Of a stretch of 64,000 nt of DNA, positions 41,233 to 50,718 are shown piece after piece. Made by a program: the position numbers and the translations under genes. The notes under the pieces were generated by a model. The model saw only the letters and a program-made list of their open reading frames with translations. It ran no database searches and was not told the origin of the DNA. The DNA is from an uncultured delta proteobacterium. GTDB taxonomy: Bacteria > Desulfobacterota > BSN033 > UBA1163. The first letter of the stretch is position 1, and each line of letters starts with the position of its first letter. Location: NCBI GenBank assembly GCA_963827685.1, contig CAWHBU010000006.1, positions 497,932 through 561,931 of the forward strand. Direction: 5' to 3'.

Positions 41233-42513
41233 ATGAAAACGAAACAACCGATGACGATTACAGAAAAGATACTGGCCTCCCATGCCGGGAAGAAAGAAGT
41301 TTCTCCTGGCGATCTGATCGATGCTCGGGTCGATCTGGCCCTCGGCAATGATATCACCGCGCCCCTTGCCATCCAGGCCTTTGAGGAGATGGGGGCGAAA
41401 AAGGTATTTAATCGTGAGCGTGTTGTGTTGGTCCCTGATCACTTTACGCCTGCCAAGGACATTCTCTCTGCCCAACAATGTAAAGTCCTCAGAAACTTTG
41501 CAAAGGCCCATCGCCTCACCCATTATTTTGAGATCGGCGAGGTGGGGATCGAACATGCCCTTCTCCCTGAGAAAGGGTTGGTCCTGCCAGGGGATGTAGT
41601 CATCGGGGCTGATAGTCACACCTGTACCTATGGTGCACTCGGGGCCTTTTCAACCGGGGTGGGCAGCACAGACCTTGCGGCTGTGATGGCTACTGGAAGG
41701 CTCTGGTTTAAAGTCCCAGAGAGTGTCAAGTTCATCTTTTATGGAAAGCTGAATCCGTGGGTTTCTGGAAAGGATCTTATTCTCTTCACGATCGGGCAAA
41801 TCGGCGTTGACGGAGCCCTCTACCAGGCAATGGAATTTACCGGAGATGCAATCACAACACTACCCATGGAGGGCCGATTCACAATGGCTAATATGGCAAT
41901 TGAAGCCGGAGGAAAGAGCGGCATTTTTGATCCGGATCGGATTACCCTTCAGTACATCAAGAAGAGGGCGATGAGACCTTATAAACTCTACCATAGTGAC
42001 CCTGACGCCAAATACAGAGAGGTGCATGAATACGATGTCTCGAAGATCAACCCACAGGTCTCACTTCCTCATATTCCTTCCAACGCCAAAGATGTAAGGG
42101 AGGTTGGAAAGATCGAGATCGATCAGGTGGTCATCGGCTCCTGCACCAATGGCCGTCTTGAAGACCTCCGCGTGGCAGCAAAGATTTTGAAAGGGAAAAA
42201 GATCGCGCCTTCGTTGAGACTGATCGTTATTCCCGCCACTCAGGAAATCTACCGGCAGGCATTGAAGGAAGGCCTGTTTGAGATATTTCTTTCGGCCGGT
42301 GCAGTGATCAGCCCGCCCACGTGCGGCCCTTGTCTTGGGGGTTATATGGGTGTTTTAGCAGAAGGAGAGAGGTCATTGGCCACGACGAATCGCAATTTTC
42401 GCGGAAGGATGGGCCATGCCCAGAGTGAGGTTTATCTCGCAAGCCCAGCCGTGGCGGCCGCCAGCGCAGTTAAAGGAAGAATCTGTCACCCTGAAGAAGT
42501 GTTAAGAAAATAA
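41233..42513 (+). CDS. leuC: 3-isopropylmalate dehydratase large subunit
   Basis: [31 protein letters not shown]. Confidence 0.93.
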   Translation: MKTKQPMTITEKILASHAGKKEVSPGDLIDARVDLALGNDITAPLAIQAFEEMGAKKVFNRERVVLVPDHFTPAKDILSAQQCKVLRNFAKAHRLTHYFEIGEVGIEHALLPEKGLVLPGDVVIGADSHTCTYGALGAFSTGVGSTDLAAVMATGRLWFKVPESVKFIFYGKLNPWVSGKDLILFTIGQIGVDGALYQAMEFTGDAITTLPMEGRFTMANMAIEAGGKSGIFDPDRITLQYIKKRAMRPYKLYHSDPDAKYREVHEYDVSKINPQVSLPHIPSNAKDVREVGKIEIDQVVIGSCTNGRLEDLRVAAKILKGKKIAPSLRLIVIPATQEIYRQALKEGLFEIFLSAGAVISPPTCGPCLGGYMGVLAEGERSLATTNRNFRGRMGHAQSEVYLASPAVAAASAVKGRICHPEEVLRK

Positions 42514-42524
42514 ATGCCGCTGAT

Positions 42525-42617
42525 TCCCCTCCCCCTTGACGGGGGAGGGTTAGGGTGGGGGTAAAAGGTAGGCTTAGTCCCCCTCCCCTTCATCCCCTCC
42601 CGCCAAGGGAGGGGAGA
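42525..42617. repeat. CCCCTCCCCC/GGGGGAGGG double palindromic repeat
   Basis: Two hairpins closely similar to 50407-50500. Confidence 0.75.
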
Positions 42618-42638
42618 GTATTGTGTTAGGAAAATACC

Positions 42639-43139
42639 ATGAAACTTGAAGGAAGAGTTTGGAAATTCGGATCGGACGTGGATACAGATGCGATCATTCC
42701 TGCCCGCTACCTCAATCAGACGGATGCGGGAGAATTAGCCAAGCATGCGATGGAGGATGAGCGGCCTGAGTTTAAGAAAGAGGTCAAACAAGGCGACGTC
42801 CTGGTAGCCGAAAGGAATTTTGGTTGCGGATCATCCCGGGAACATGCTCCTCTTGCCTTGAAGGCAGTGGGAATCTCGTGCATCATCGCAGAGAGTTTCG
42901 CTCGCATCTTCTACCGAAATGGATTTAACCAGGGGCTCCCTCTCCTCGAATCTTCGGAGGCGTCGAAGGAGATACAAGATGGCGATCAAGTTCAAATCGA
43001 TCTGACGACCGGAGAGATTTTTGATCTGACACAGCAGAAGAAATTCTTTGCAAAACCCATCCCACCCTTTATGCAGGAATTGATCGAGGATGGCGGATTG
43101 ATCCCGCATCTCCGGAAAAAGGAAACCAGGAAGAGATGA
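42639..43139 (+). CDS. leuD: 3-isopropylmalate dehydratase small subunit
   Basis: VDTDAIIPARY, NFGCGSSREHA, SFARIFYRN. Confidence 0.95.
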   Translation: MKLEGRVWKFGSDVDTDAIIPARYLNQTDAGELAKHAMEDERPEFKKEVKQGDVLVAERNFGCGSSREHAPLALKAVGISCIIAESFARIFYRNGFNQGLPLLESSEASKEIQDGDQVQIDLTTGEIFDLTQQKKFFAKPIPPFMQELIEDGGLIPHLRKKETRKR

Positions 43140-43311
43140 CCCTGAAGGATACATGAATATATACAAATTTCTTGGCGGCTGAATGAAATCCTAAATGCAT
43201 ATAAGCAAGTCCGGCCCCATTTCCTCCCCCTTATCCCGGAATCCAACGACAGCATCACTTTGACAGCCTGTGCGTACGTGCTTATATTTATATAATCAAG
43301 AAGGTAATCCA

Positions 43312-43485
43312 ATGAACCGAAAGCTATTAAAATGGTTTATGATTGTATTGTTCTTGATATCAGCCCTGACCGGGTGTTTTATACGTCATGACCGGGATTA
43401 CTACTGGGATCGCGATGATCGGCACTATCATGATCGGTATGATTGGCAACATCACGATCGGGACGATATGCACCATAGGTACTAA
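43312..43485 (+). CDS. Small His/Asp/Arg-rich lipoprotein
   Basis: Signal peptide with LTGC lipobox, then HDRD-like repeats; GAAGG RBS. Confidence 0.65.
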   Translation: MNRKLLKWFMIVLFLISALTGCFIRHDRDYYWDRDDRHYHDRYDWQHHDRDDMHHRY

Positions 43486-43497
43486 CGAATTTTCCTC

Positions 43498-43523
43498 CCT
43501 CTGACTCTGAAAAGAGTCGGAGG
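43498..43523 (+). terminator. Stable hairpin after the lipoprotein gene
   Basis: CCTCTGACTCT-GAAA-AGAGTCGGAGG, 11-bp stem, no U-tract. Confidence 0.4.
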
Positions 43524-43926
43524 CAACGGACCCGTCCTCCTCATCATCGAATGCAAAAATGGTCGACCCTGTCTCTGGATGTGACGAGTGGGAAAAATTT
43601 TCAATCCATACAAGATTCGCTAATCCCTTAAAGCAGGCCCTTGGTCGTGCATCTCAGCAAGAAGTGAAATTGGGAAGTCTGGCTCTGATAATCCTTTTGG
43701 AACGAGAACATGGGAATTGGAAAAAGATCTCCCTTTACCGATCGGGGATAAAAAAAGGAATGGATACTTTCAAAAATCTAAAGAGGCTGATTAGATTGGG
43801 ATGAGTTCACTAAAACTTTTTTCTATAAATAGAAACGCCCTCTTTCCTCCGCAAAAAACAAGATCATTTATGCTGACTTAAGCAAGTTGTTTTAGAACCA
43901 ACGTCCCCTTATTCTGCATCTCGGAG

Positions 43927-44643
43927 ATGGATAGCCACTATGGGCGATCGGAGACGGAAGGTTTATCGATTGTGAGGTGGTGCTTTCCTGCCTCTCAAAT
44001 AACTGAAATAGACGTTGATCCTTTTATCCAGCGGGTGACGTCACGACGGATCCGTATGGAGAAGAGGCGGCGATTAGAGGAGGTCTGGGAGAAAGCGGGA
44101 GAGTCGATTGGCTGTGAGACAGTGCCTGGAGTGGAGCATGAGGCAAAGGTAATGGTGGAGGGGCTGAGGCAGATACGAGAGACGATCAAGGAGACGGAAG
44201 ACAAAATTCAGGAACTATGCGAACAATTCTCGGAATATCGGCCCCTGTTGAGCATTCCTGGCTTTGGTCCTGATGTATCGGCCAAAGTCTTAGGAGCGAT
44301 AGGAGATCCGGATCGATTTCAGAATGGAAAACAAGTGCTGAAGCAGTCCGGGTTAGACCTCAGTGCGAATCGGAGTGGAAAGAATTCGGACAAGGCGATT
44401 CCAGAGATTTCCAAGAGAGGCAAGGCCGATCTTCGCTATGCACTATATCAGGCGGCCCTGATTGCCTCGACGAGGAATCAGGATTTTATGCGCTACTATA
44501 CGAGGAAGCTTCGTGGCCGGGAGAGAGAAAAAGGGGTTCATATGAAGCTGCGAGTGAAGCTATCGGCCAAAATGCTTCTGATCGCATGGACCTTAATGAA
44601 GAAAAAGGAGGCGTTTAATCCGGCTTATCTAAACGCCGAATGA
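43927..44643 (+). pseudogene. IS110-family transposase, C-terminal part only
   Basis: LLSIPGFG, RFQNGKQV, NRSG (Tnp serine), ISKRGKADLRYALYQAA; RuvC-like N-terminus absent. Confidence 0.85.
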
Positions 44644-45151
44644 AACCATTTGTCATTTTCGACGAGAGAGCCGAGAACCAACGTGGAGGCTCATTGGAGA
44701 CCTCGTGCGGGACAATGCTGGGCCTCTCGCTGAACTTTGGAATCTGGATAAAGGATGATAGGCGGTCCCGCTTTGGCGGGACACACCGGATAATGATAAC
44801 GCTGAGATTCAGAGTTCGTTATGGGCGAGAGATTCGTCGAAACCAAAACAACAGACTCTCTGAAGTGATTTGACGGGAGAAGTGTTCTCAGCAACAAGCG
44901 ATCATTTAGAATCTGTTGTTTTTAAAGGTTTTATTTTTTCTTACTTTTTCTCTTGACAGAAGCAATATAGGATGTCCCCTTTATAGGACAGAACGTGATG
45001 TTACGACATTAAGTTCAGCAGCGAAGCGGTTACAGATAAGGTCTAAGACGGGCTTGGATTTATCGGAGAGAAAGTTATGAGAAGCCGCTCCCTAAATTTC
45101 AATATTGCAACCCCGACCCGAGACCCCCCCTCATAAATTTAAGAAGTCTCA

Positions 45152-45191
45152 TCAAGGTTACTTAAATAACTTAAGAACGTCCCCATGGTTC
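45152..45191 (+). repeat. 40-bp direct repeat, copy 1 (copy 2 at 48125-48164)
   Basis: TCAA(G/A)GTTACTTAAATAACTTAAGAACGTCCCC(A/C)TGGTTC, 38/40 identical. Confidence 0.9.
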
Positions 45192-45316
45192 CTCCTGCTC
45201 TTGTAAGACCTCCATCCGTCCCTCCCCTTCTGCCCTTTGCTGGGTACACCAGAAAGTAACCTTGGGCTCGTTCCGATTGTCCGAGGGTATGCCGTTATCT
45301 TTACCACAGTCAGAGA

Positions 45317-45342
45317 ATACTATAGTCTGTAGATTTTTAGTC
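45317..45342 (+). promoter_or_regulatory. C-box operator of an R-M controller protein
   Basis: ATACTATAGTC-TGTA-GATTTTTAGTC resembles the PvuII/BamHI-type GACT-N3-AGTC-TGTA-GACT-N3-AGTC box; upstream of the C gene. Confidence 0.75.
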
Positions 45343-45386
45343 TACACTGATAGAACATATATTTTGTTCTAACTCGCAAAGGAGAG

Positions 45387-45659
45387 ATGATTATGACCCC
45401 GGAAGAGGCTTTTGGTAAAGTTCTCAAAGAAATCCGGCATGAGCGTTCTCTTTCACAGGAAGAACTTGGCTTCGAGAGTGGCTACCACCGAACGTATATC
45501 AGCCTCCTTGAACGGGGGAGAAAGAGTCCTTCTCTAAATACGATATTTCAGTTGGTTGCTGCCTTAGGAGTCTCACCTTCTGAGATTCTCCGCCGAACTG
45601 AAGCTCGAATTAGTAAACTCAGCAGAAGAGGTAGCGGAGAAAGGAGAAAGACGAGATGA
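45387..45659 (+). CDS. XRE-family controller (C) protein
   Basis: FGKVLKEIR..LSQEELG..HRTYISLLERG..PSL; overlaps the REase start (ATGA). Confidence 0.9.
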   Translation: MIMTPEEAFGKVLKEIRHERSLSQEELGFESGYHRTYISLLERGRKSPSLNTIFQLVAALGVSPSEILRRTEARISKLSRRGSGERRKTR

Positions 45660-46264
45660 AAATAATTAGAGTTGAGCGCTTGATCGATGCCGGGGAATTT
45701 TCTGGCACTGAAACATGGAAGACGATAGAGAAGCATATCATGGACGCTATCAAAGCTATAGAATGGCCACCTGGCTCAGGTTCCTTCACACTTTACGACC
45801 AACCAGGTAAGGCCAGAGGCGAAGGGAGTGGTGTGAAACCAATCAAAGATGCTTGTATGGCCTATTTGAAGTCTCTTGGCTGGACCCTCGAAGCATCAGT
45901 TGATATTGCTACTTTGAAACACCCGGGTCCCATGGATGCTACCTACCCAGTCGGGGACCGCCTTTTTTGTGCAGAGTGGGAGACAGGAAATATATCTTCA
46001 AGTCACCGTGCAGTTAATAAGATGGCCTTAGGGATTCTTAAGAAGGTCCTGATAGGTGGTATATTGATTCTACCGACAAGGGGGATGTACAAATACCTTA
46101 CAGATCGGGTCGGCAACTTCCCTGAATTGGAGCCCTATTTCCCCCTTTGGAAGGCTTTGAAAGTAGAGGAAGGGCTTCTTGCTGTTATTGCAATTGAACA
46201 TGACGCAGTGAGCCAATCTGTGCCTCGTATCCCGAAAGGTACAGATGGTAGAGCTCTTCAATAA
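45656..46264 (+). CDS. BamHI-family Type II restriction endonuclease
   Basis: SGVKPIK, GPMD, EWETGNISSSHRAVNKM, YLTDRVGNFPELEPY resemble BamHI motifs. Confidence 0.85.
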   Translation: MKIIRVERLIDAGEFSGTETWKTIEKHIMDAIKAIEWPPGSGSFTLYDQPGKARGEGSGVKPIKDACMAYLKSLGWTLEASVDIATLKHPGPMDATYPVGDRLFCAEWETGNISSSHRAVNKMALGILKKVLIGGILILPTRGMYKYLTDRVGNFPELEPYFPLWKALKVEEGLLAVIAIEHDAVSQSVPRIPKGTDGRALQ

Positions 46265-46269
46265 TTGGA

Positions 46270-47691
46270 TTAGCTTCGCTGCAACATGACAATGAATTCG
46301 GTTCTCATGGTATTCGCCATTCCAGTTATTTGGCGACTGAGTTTCCGAATAAGGTGTAAACCATGTGGTTTTCCGAGTTCGACCAATAGCTCATCGATAC
46401 CCTTCACCTCATCAGCAGATACCTCAAGAATCTTACTTAATTGATTGTTATTTGTCCCTACGACAATTGTGCATATCCGACCTGGCCGCAGTACCCGCGC
46501 ACATTCGGAAAGTATCTTTTCCATATCTGTCTTATATAGGTCAAATTTTTGCCGAAGAGTCCTTCCTCTTAAACCGATCATTTCTTCTCGAAGTTTGTCA
46601 ATGTCAGTACCCAGAAAACTTAGGTGAAAGGAATCGTTCTCTAGATAGTCGATAGCAAAACTGTAAGGCGGGGAAAAAATAATACCTTCAATACAGGAGT
46701 CTTGAATAGACAGACCCCGAGCATCTCCTTCCAGGGCTTTTGACTCGGCGAGTTCTGATTCTGCTCCAGCAAGCACGAGTTGAATCTTTTCTGCCACGAA
46801 TAAGTAGCGTTCAAGGATAGCACGAAATTGATCATAAGGAGACTTTCGGTCACTTCTTTCCGAGTATCCAGCTCCATCCAAATAAGCCAGAAGGAGGAAA
46901 TTATAAACTTCCGGTATCTCACATCCTTCGGGAAGATCTCCTCTACTTGCAGACCTCGCTACGTATTTGTCACCTGAGTCCTTTATGGAAAACAGGTCTC
47001 CAGAGTCTCTTTCAAAGCGTTTCTTACTGCCTTGTTTTGGCCGACCGGCCAGTCTCACGAAATGGTCATACACTGACCTACAATTTTTCAGAGCTTCACG
47101 CACAGGGGCCAGCGGAACGGTCAGCGCATCTATTTTTACCTGAGTCATAAATTGACAAAAAGGACTTGCATCGACTCCAATAGACTTGATCCCCATAAGT
47201 TTTGCTTCTATGAGGACAGTTCCAGACCCCATCATTGGGTCGAGAACCGTATCCCCGGGTTTTAGACCCATTACGTTGATCACCCCTTTAATCATCTGGG
47301 GATGGAATTTGCCTCGATAAGGGAATAAACCGTGGGTTGCGTACCCGGTCTTAAACTGATTTGTATGGAAGAACGAGCGTAACCTTGAAGAAGAATGCTG
47401 AGGTAATCGAACTGGTTCACCACTGCACATAAGGAAATGTCTCGTTAATGTGTCGCCAACCCTAGCGAAATAAGCTCCGTTCCGAATGATTTGCTCATCG
47501 GTCAGAATCTTGCTTTCATAATAAGCTAATTCCAGTTCATAAACCTCGTTCAACTGGGGCACGAGCTCAAGGTGCTTGGGAAAAAGATTATCTTTAGTTC
47601 CGCGAGACAAAATGCCAGTAATGTTCTCAGTTTGATAGGATGCCTCCTCTTCCTTTATAAGTGAAACCTGTCTACTATGCGATCTTTTCAT
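46270..47691 (-). CDS. Amino (probably N4-cytosine) DNA methyltransferase, alpha motif order
   Basis: HGLFPYRGKF, LDPMMGSGT (motif I) before FSPPY (motif IV); convergent with the REase. Confidence 0.88.
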   Translation of the reverse strand: MKRSHSRQVSLIKEEEASYQTENITGILSRGTKDNLFPKHLELVPQLNEVYELELAYYESKILTDEQIIRNGAYFARVGDTLTRHFLMCSGEPVRLPQHSSSRLRSFFHTNQFKTGYATHGLFPYRGKFHPQMIKGVINVMGLKPGDTVLDPMMGSGTVLIEAKLMGIKSIGVDASPFCQFMTQVKIDALTVPLAPVREALKNCRSVYDHFVRLAGRPKQGSKKRFERDSGDLFSIKDSGDKYVARSASRGDLPEGCEIPEVYNFLLLAYLDGAGYSERSDRKSPYDQFRAILERYLFVAEKIQLVLAGAESELAESKALEGDARGLSIQDSCIEGIIFSPPYSFAIDYLENDSFHLSFLGTDIDKLREEMIGLRGRTLRQKFDLYKTDMEKILSECARVLRPGRICTIVVGTNNNQLSKILEVSADEVKGIDELLVELGKPHGLHLIRKLSRQITGMANTMRTEFIVMLQRS

Positions 47692-48124
47692 CCTGGTTTA
47701 TTCCCCGTTGCCTATTCAATCTGGTCTTCTCTATCTCTGCAATTTAATATCATTAACAAAGCTCTTTTGCAAGGAGATTAGAGGAGGGCGTAGGTTCTAA
47801 AACAAAGAATTTGGCATCAGAGTTGCTACATGCTGCGAAATCAACCGAAGCATGTGCATCTGTCGCTCGAAAAGTCTCTATTCGGATTTACGCATTCCTG
47901 CATAGCCAACGCGGTAGCCTCCTGCGTAGGCGGAGGAAATGGAAACTGGAAAAAGGTCTCTCTTTACCGATCGGGATAAAAAAAAGGAATGGATACTTTC
48001 TAAGAATCTAACAAACCTGATTGGATTGACATAAATAGAAATGTCCTTTTATTGATTAATTTATAATTTTATGGACGTCTCTCCTTTCCAACGAAATCAG
48101 ATGAAGAGACATTCGTACGGTTCT

Positions 48125-48164
48125 TCAAAGTTACTTAAATAACTTAAGAACGTCCCCCTGGTTC
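48125..48164 (+). repeat. 40-bp direct repeat, copy 2
   Basis: See 45152-45191. Confidence 0.9.
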
Positions 48165-48812
48165 TGTCAATTTAGCTGAAAACTCAAGCCACTCCCTGTG
48201 GTTCGTAAGTATGTCTCGTCTTACGCGGATCAACCATTGGCGGGTGGTCACTCCGTTGAGAAGGTCCCGCCTAAGAGGCAATGAGCAATACTTCTTGGAC
48301 ATTAAAAGGAATTCCTTTTCCTTCCGCGACATGTTTGCCTGAACCATGTCAACCATGTCGAAGAGCTTGAGATATGTAGTGAAGAGCAAGGCCAGATAGT
48401 CCCACCTTGAGTCGTCATATTTGAGATTCTCAGCGAGATCAATTTCATTCTGGAAATGGGCAACTTCTGGGCAAGGGTTTCCAGAGTAAAACTCGCAGAC
48501 AGACATTGCATTCAACAGGAATCTCACTAATAGCTCCTTATTGATTTTTGTGTCGGGATCTCTAGGAAAATCATCAGGCCCGTAGTGAGGCAATGGTTCG
48601 GTAAGACCTTTGCCTAGTGAAATGTTATCACCGCCCCAAAAGTCACTGGCATCCCTGAAGCTGCTACCTATTCTGCTTTTTATCCGACGGTACCATTTTT
48701 CTTCCCCATTAACTTTTCGATTGACGGCCCACAGCAAGAGATCACAACACTGAACTCCTGCATTGGATTTGTCCACAATCGTGAATGAGACTTCAGGGAA
48801 GGGGGGGGTGAG
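48144..48812 (-). pseudogene. 5'-truncated hypothetical gene (DUF3800-like GVQCCD motif)
   Basis: DKSNAGVQCCDLLLWAVNR; no credible start, overlaps the truncated nuclease ORF. Confidence 0.45.
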
Positions 48813-49170
48813 GATTTGTTTTAATAGTTCCAGAAATTTTGTATTTCCTTCTAGTCCATAGTGTCCGAGGGACTTCAAAAGGAATCCCCTCACGTTTTGC
48901 CTCAACTAAAACCAAGTTTCTTTTTCCATATGTAAGTAGAAAATCCAAATATCCCTCGTGAACGGGTACTTCCCTGCTGAAAGTATCTTCAGGCCAGCCT
49001 AAAGCTTCCTTTAGTATCCGGTCGATGACCTTTGCTCTGGTGTCCGCTTCGCTCACTTGCCCTCTCTTCTTACAGAAATCGCCAAAAGTAGTGTAGATTT
49101 CTGACAGAACGCTTAGGCCTTGATCTGGATCTATCATACCCCTCTGCACCCTGGTAGTTTTGGGGGCCAT
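48793..49170 (-). pseudogene. Truncated HsdR_N-like PD-(D/E)xK nuclease domain
   Basis: SEADTRAKVIDRIL..LGW..EV..YLDFLL..VEAKR, then an abrupt end. Confidence 0.65.
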
Positions 49171-49459
49171 TCTATCTGCTCTTGATAAAATAATCAATGA
49201 GAAAAATGCATCTTATTTAGACCCACCTGTAGCCGTCTTGGCCTTGGGGAAAATACCTATCATTTAGATAGAGTAGGCGAGCGGGGCGTTGTTGACTGAG
49301 TTGACTTATTCAGATCCAATCATTCGTGGGGTTTTTTCAAAAGCTAAAAGGGGACAACTGTATTACTTAAATTCAAACATGAACGCAGCGCTCGCCGATG
49401 CAAATGAAGGGAACAGGGTGTCAGCTCGTTTAAATATGACAGATTCGATCTTGGGTAAT

Positions 49460-49488
49460 TTGACATAACAGCGGAGTGATAGTATAAT
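49460..49488 (+). promoter_or_regulatory. Consensus sigma70 promoter of the vapBC operon
   Basis: TTGACA(49460)-17 bp-TATAAT(49483). Confidence 0.8.
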
Positions 49489-49516
49489 GGTAGCAAAATG
49501 GTATCGGAGGTCGGTG

Positions 49517-49735
49517 ATGGCTGCTTTGTTGATAAAAAATATTCCCCGCGAATTGCATAAGTGGTTAAAACGCGAAGCGGAACGAAACCGTCGCTCCATG
49601 ACTCAACAGGCGATTGTGGTTCTTGAGGAGAGGATGCGGCGTTTTCGGCCGGTGAGGTTTCCGCTTCCCGTGCAGACCCGGACGGTCCTGACGGCGGAAT
49701 TTATCGATCGAGCCAAGCGCGAAGGTCGTGTATGA
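49517..49735 (+). CDS. vapB: Ribbon-helix-helix (FitA/Arc-like) antitoxin
   Basis: LLIKNIP.ELH..LK..A..NRRSM; GGAGG RBS; ATGA overlap with the PIN gene. Confidence 0.8.
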   Translation: MAALLIKNIPRELHKWLKREAERNRRSMTQQAIVVLEERMRRFRPVRFPLPVQTRTVLTAEFIDRAKREGRV

Positions 49736-50205
49736 TCGTTGTGGATTCGAACATCGTCGCGGCGCGAAACCTAACAAGTTCTCTGACAGCTGAAGCCAAA
49801 CAGGTTGAAGAAAAGGATCCCGTATGGATTGTCCCTGTCCTATGGCGATACGAATTCCAGAATATCCTGGCCTTCGCGATCAAAGCGAAACAAATCAAGC
49901 CGGAACAAGCTTTGGATACTTGGGGAAAGGTTTCGAAGGTCCTGATTGAGAACGAATGCGAACCTTCTGCGTCCAAGGTAATCGACCTCGTCGCACAATA
50001 CGGGATCACCGCCTATGACGGGCAGTTTATTGCCGTAGCCCTGGAGATGGGAATTCCATGCTTGACCGAGGACCGAGAACTACAGGAAAAATTTCCCGGT
50101 ATTGCGATTTCAATGGTTGAATTCCTGAAGCCCGAATCTACCCCCGAGCCTACATATGTCGTTCGGGAAGCCAAGGCGAGGTATCGCAAGAGGAAAAGGA
50201 GATAG
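49732..50205 (+). CDS. vapC: VapC-family PIN domain toxin
   Basis: IVVDSN, YEF.N, TAYD, LTEDREL acidic PIN residues. Confidence 0.88.
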   Translation: MIVVDSNIVAARNLTSSLTAEAKQVEEKDPVWIVPVLWRYEFQNILAFAIKAKQIKPEQALDTWGKVSKVLIENECEPSASKVIDLVAQYGITAYDGQFIAVALEMGIPCLTEDRELQEKFPGIAISMVEFLKPESTPEPTYVVREAKARYRKRKRR

Positions 50206-50334
50206 GGAGACGCGATGTTGAGGAGAATGAATCATGCATAAAAAGGTTCATTATTTAAATCGCAGAGCACAGAGATCAAAACTGAATGTTCAGGGCCGGG
50301 GACGGGAAGGAGGCGAACGTGGATTCTAATACAA

Positions 50335-50546
50335 CTTACTAATCAGTCCAAAATTGTATGGACGTGAAAGATTAACAAAGAATATTTTCAAATCTCCCCA
50401 ATAATACCCTCCCCCTTTGATGGGGGAGGGCGGGGGTGGACAAGACGAAGACCTTTTTGGTCCCCCCTCCCCTTCGTCCCCTCCCACCGTGGGGAGGGGA
50501 TATTTTTGGAAGAATATGTCTAATCAATTATGGACTCATTAGTAAG
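50335..50546. mobile_element. MITE-like element with 22-bp terminal IRs carrying CCCCTCCC/GGGAGGGG hairpins
   Basis: CTTACTAATCAGTCCAAAATTG vs CAATTATGGACTCATTAGTAAG (20/22); no ORF. Confidence 0.75.
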
Positions 50547-50718
50547 AGAAGTTTTGAGGCCACCCCGGGGACATTCTCGAAAAATTACACTTTAAGAAAT
50601 TGATAGGTCTTTGGCCGATCCCTCAAGGATTTTAGAAACCTGCTGGAGTTTTGGAAAAACAAAATTGGGCTTCAAAAAAGGGGGGAGATTGCTTTATCCC
50701 GGATGAGCGCCTTGCTTT

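Noticed and set aside
43559-43804. 81-aa ORF, possible RAYT transposase tail
   Set aside because: Similarity is too weak to call by eye; only the DNA repeat is reported.
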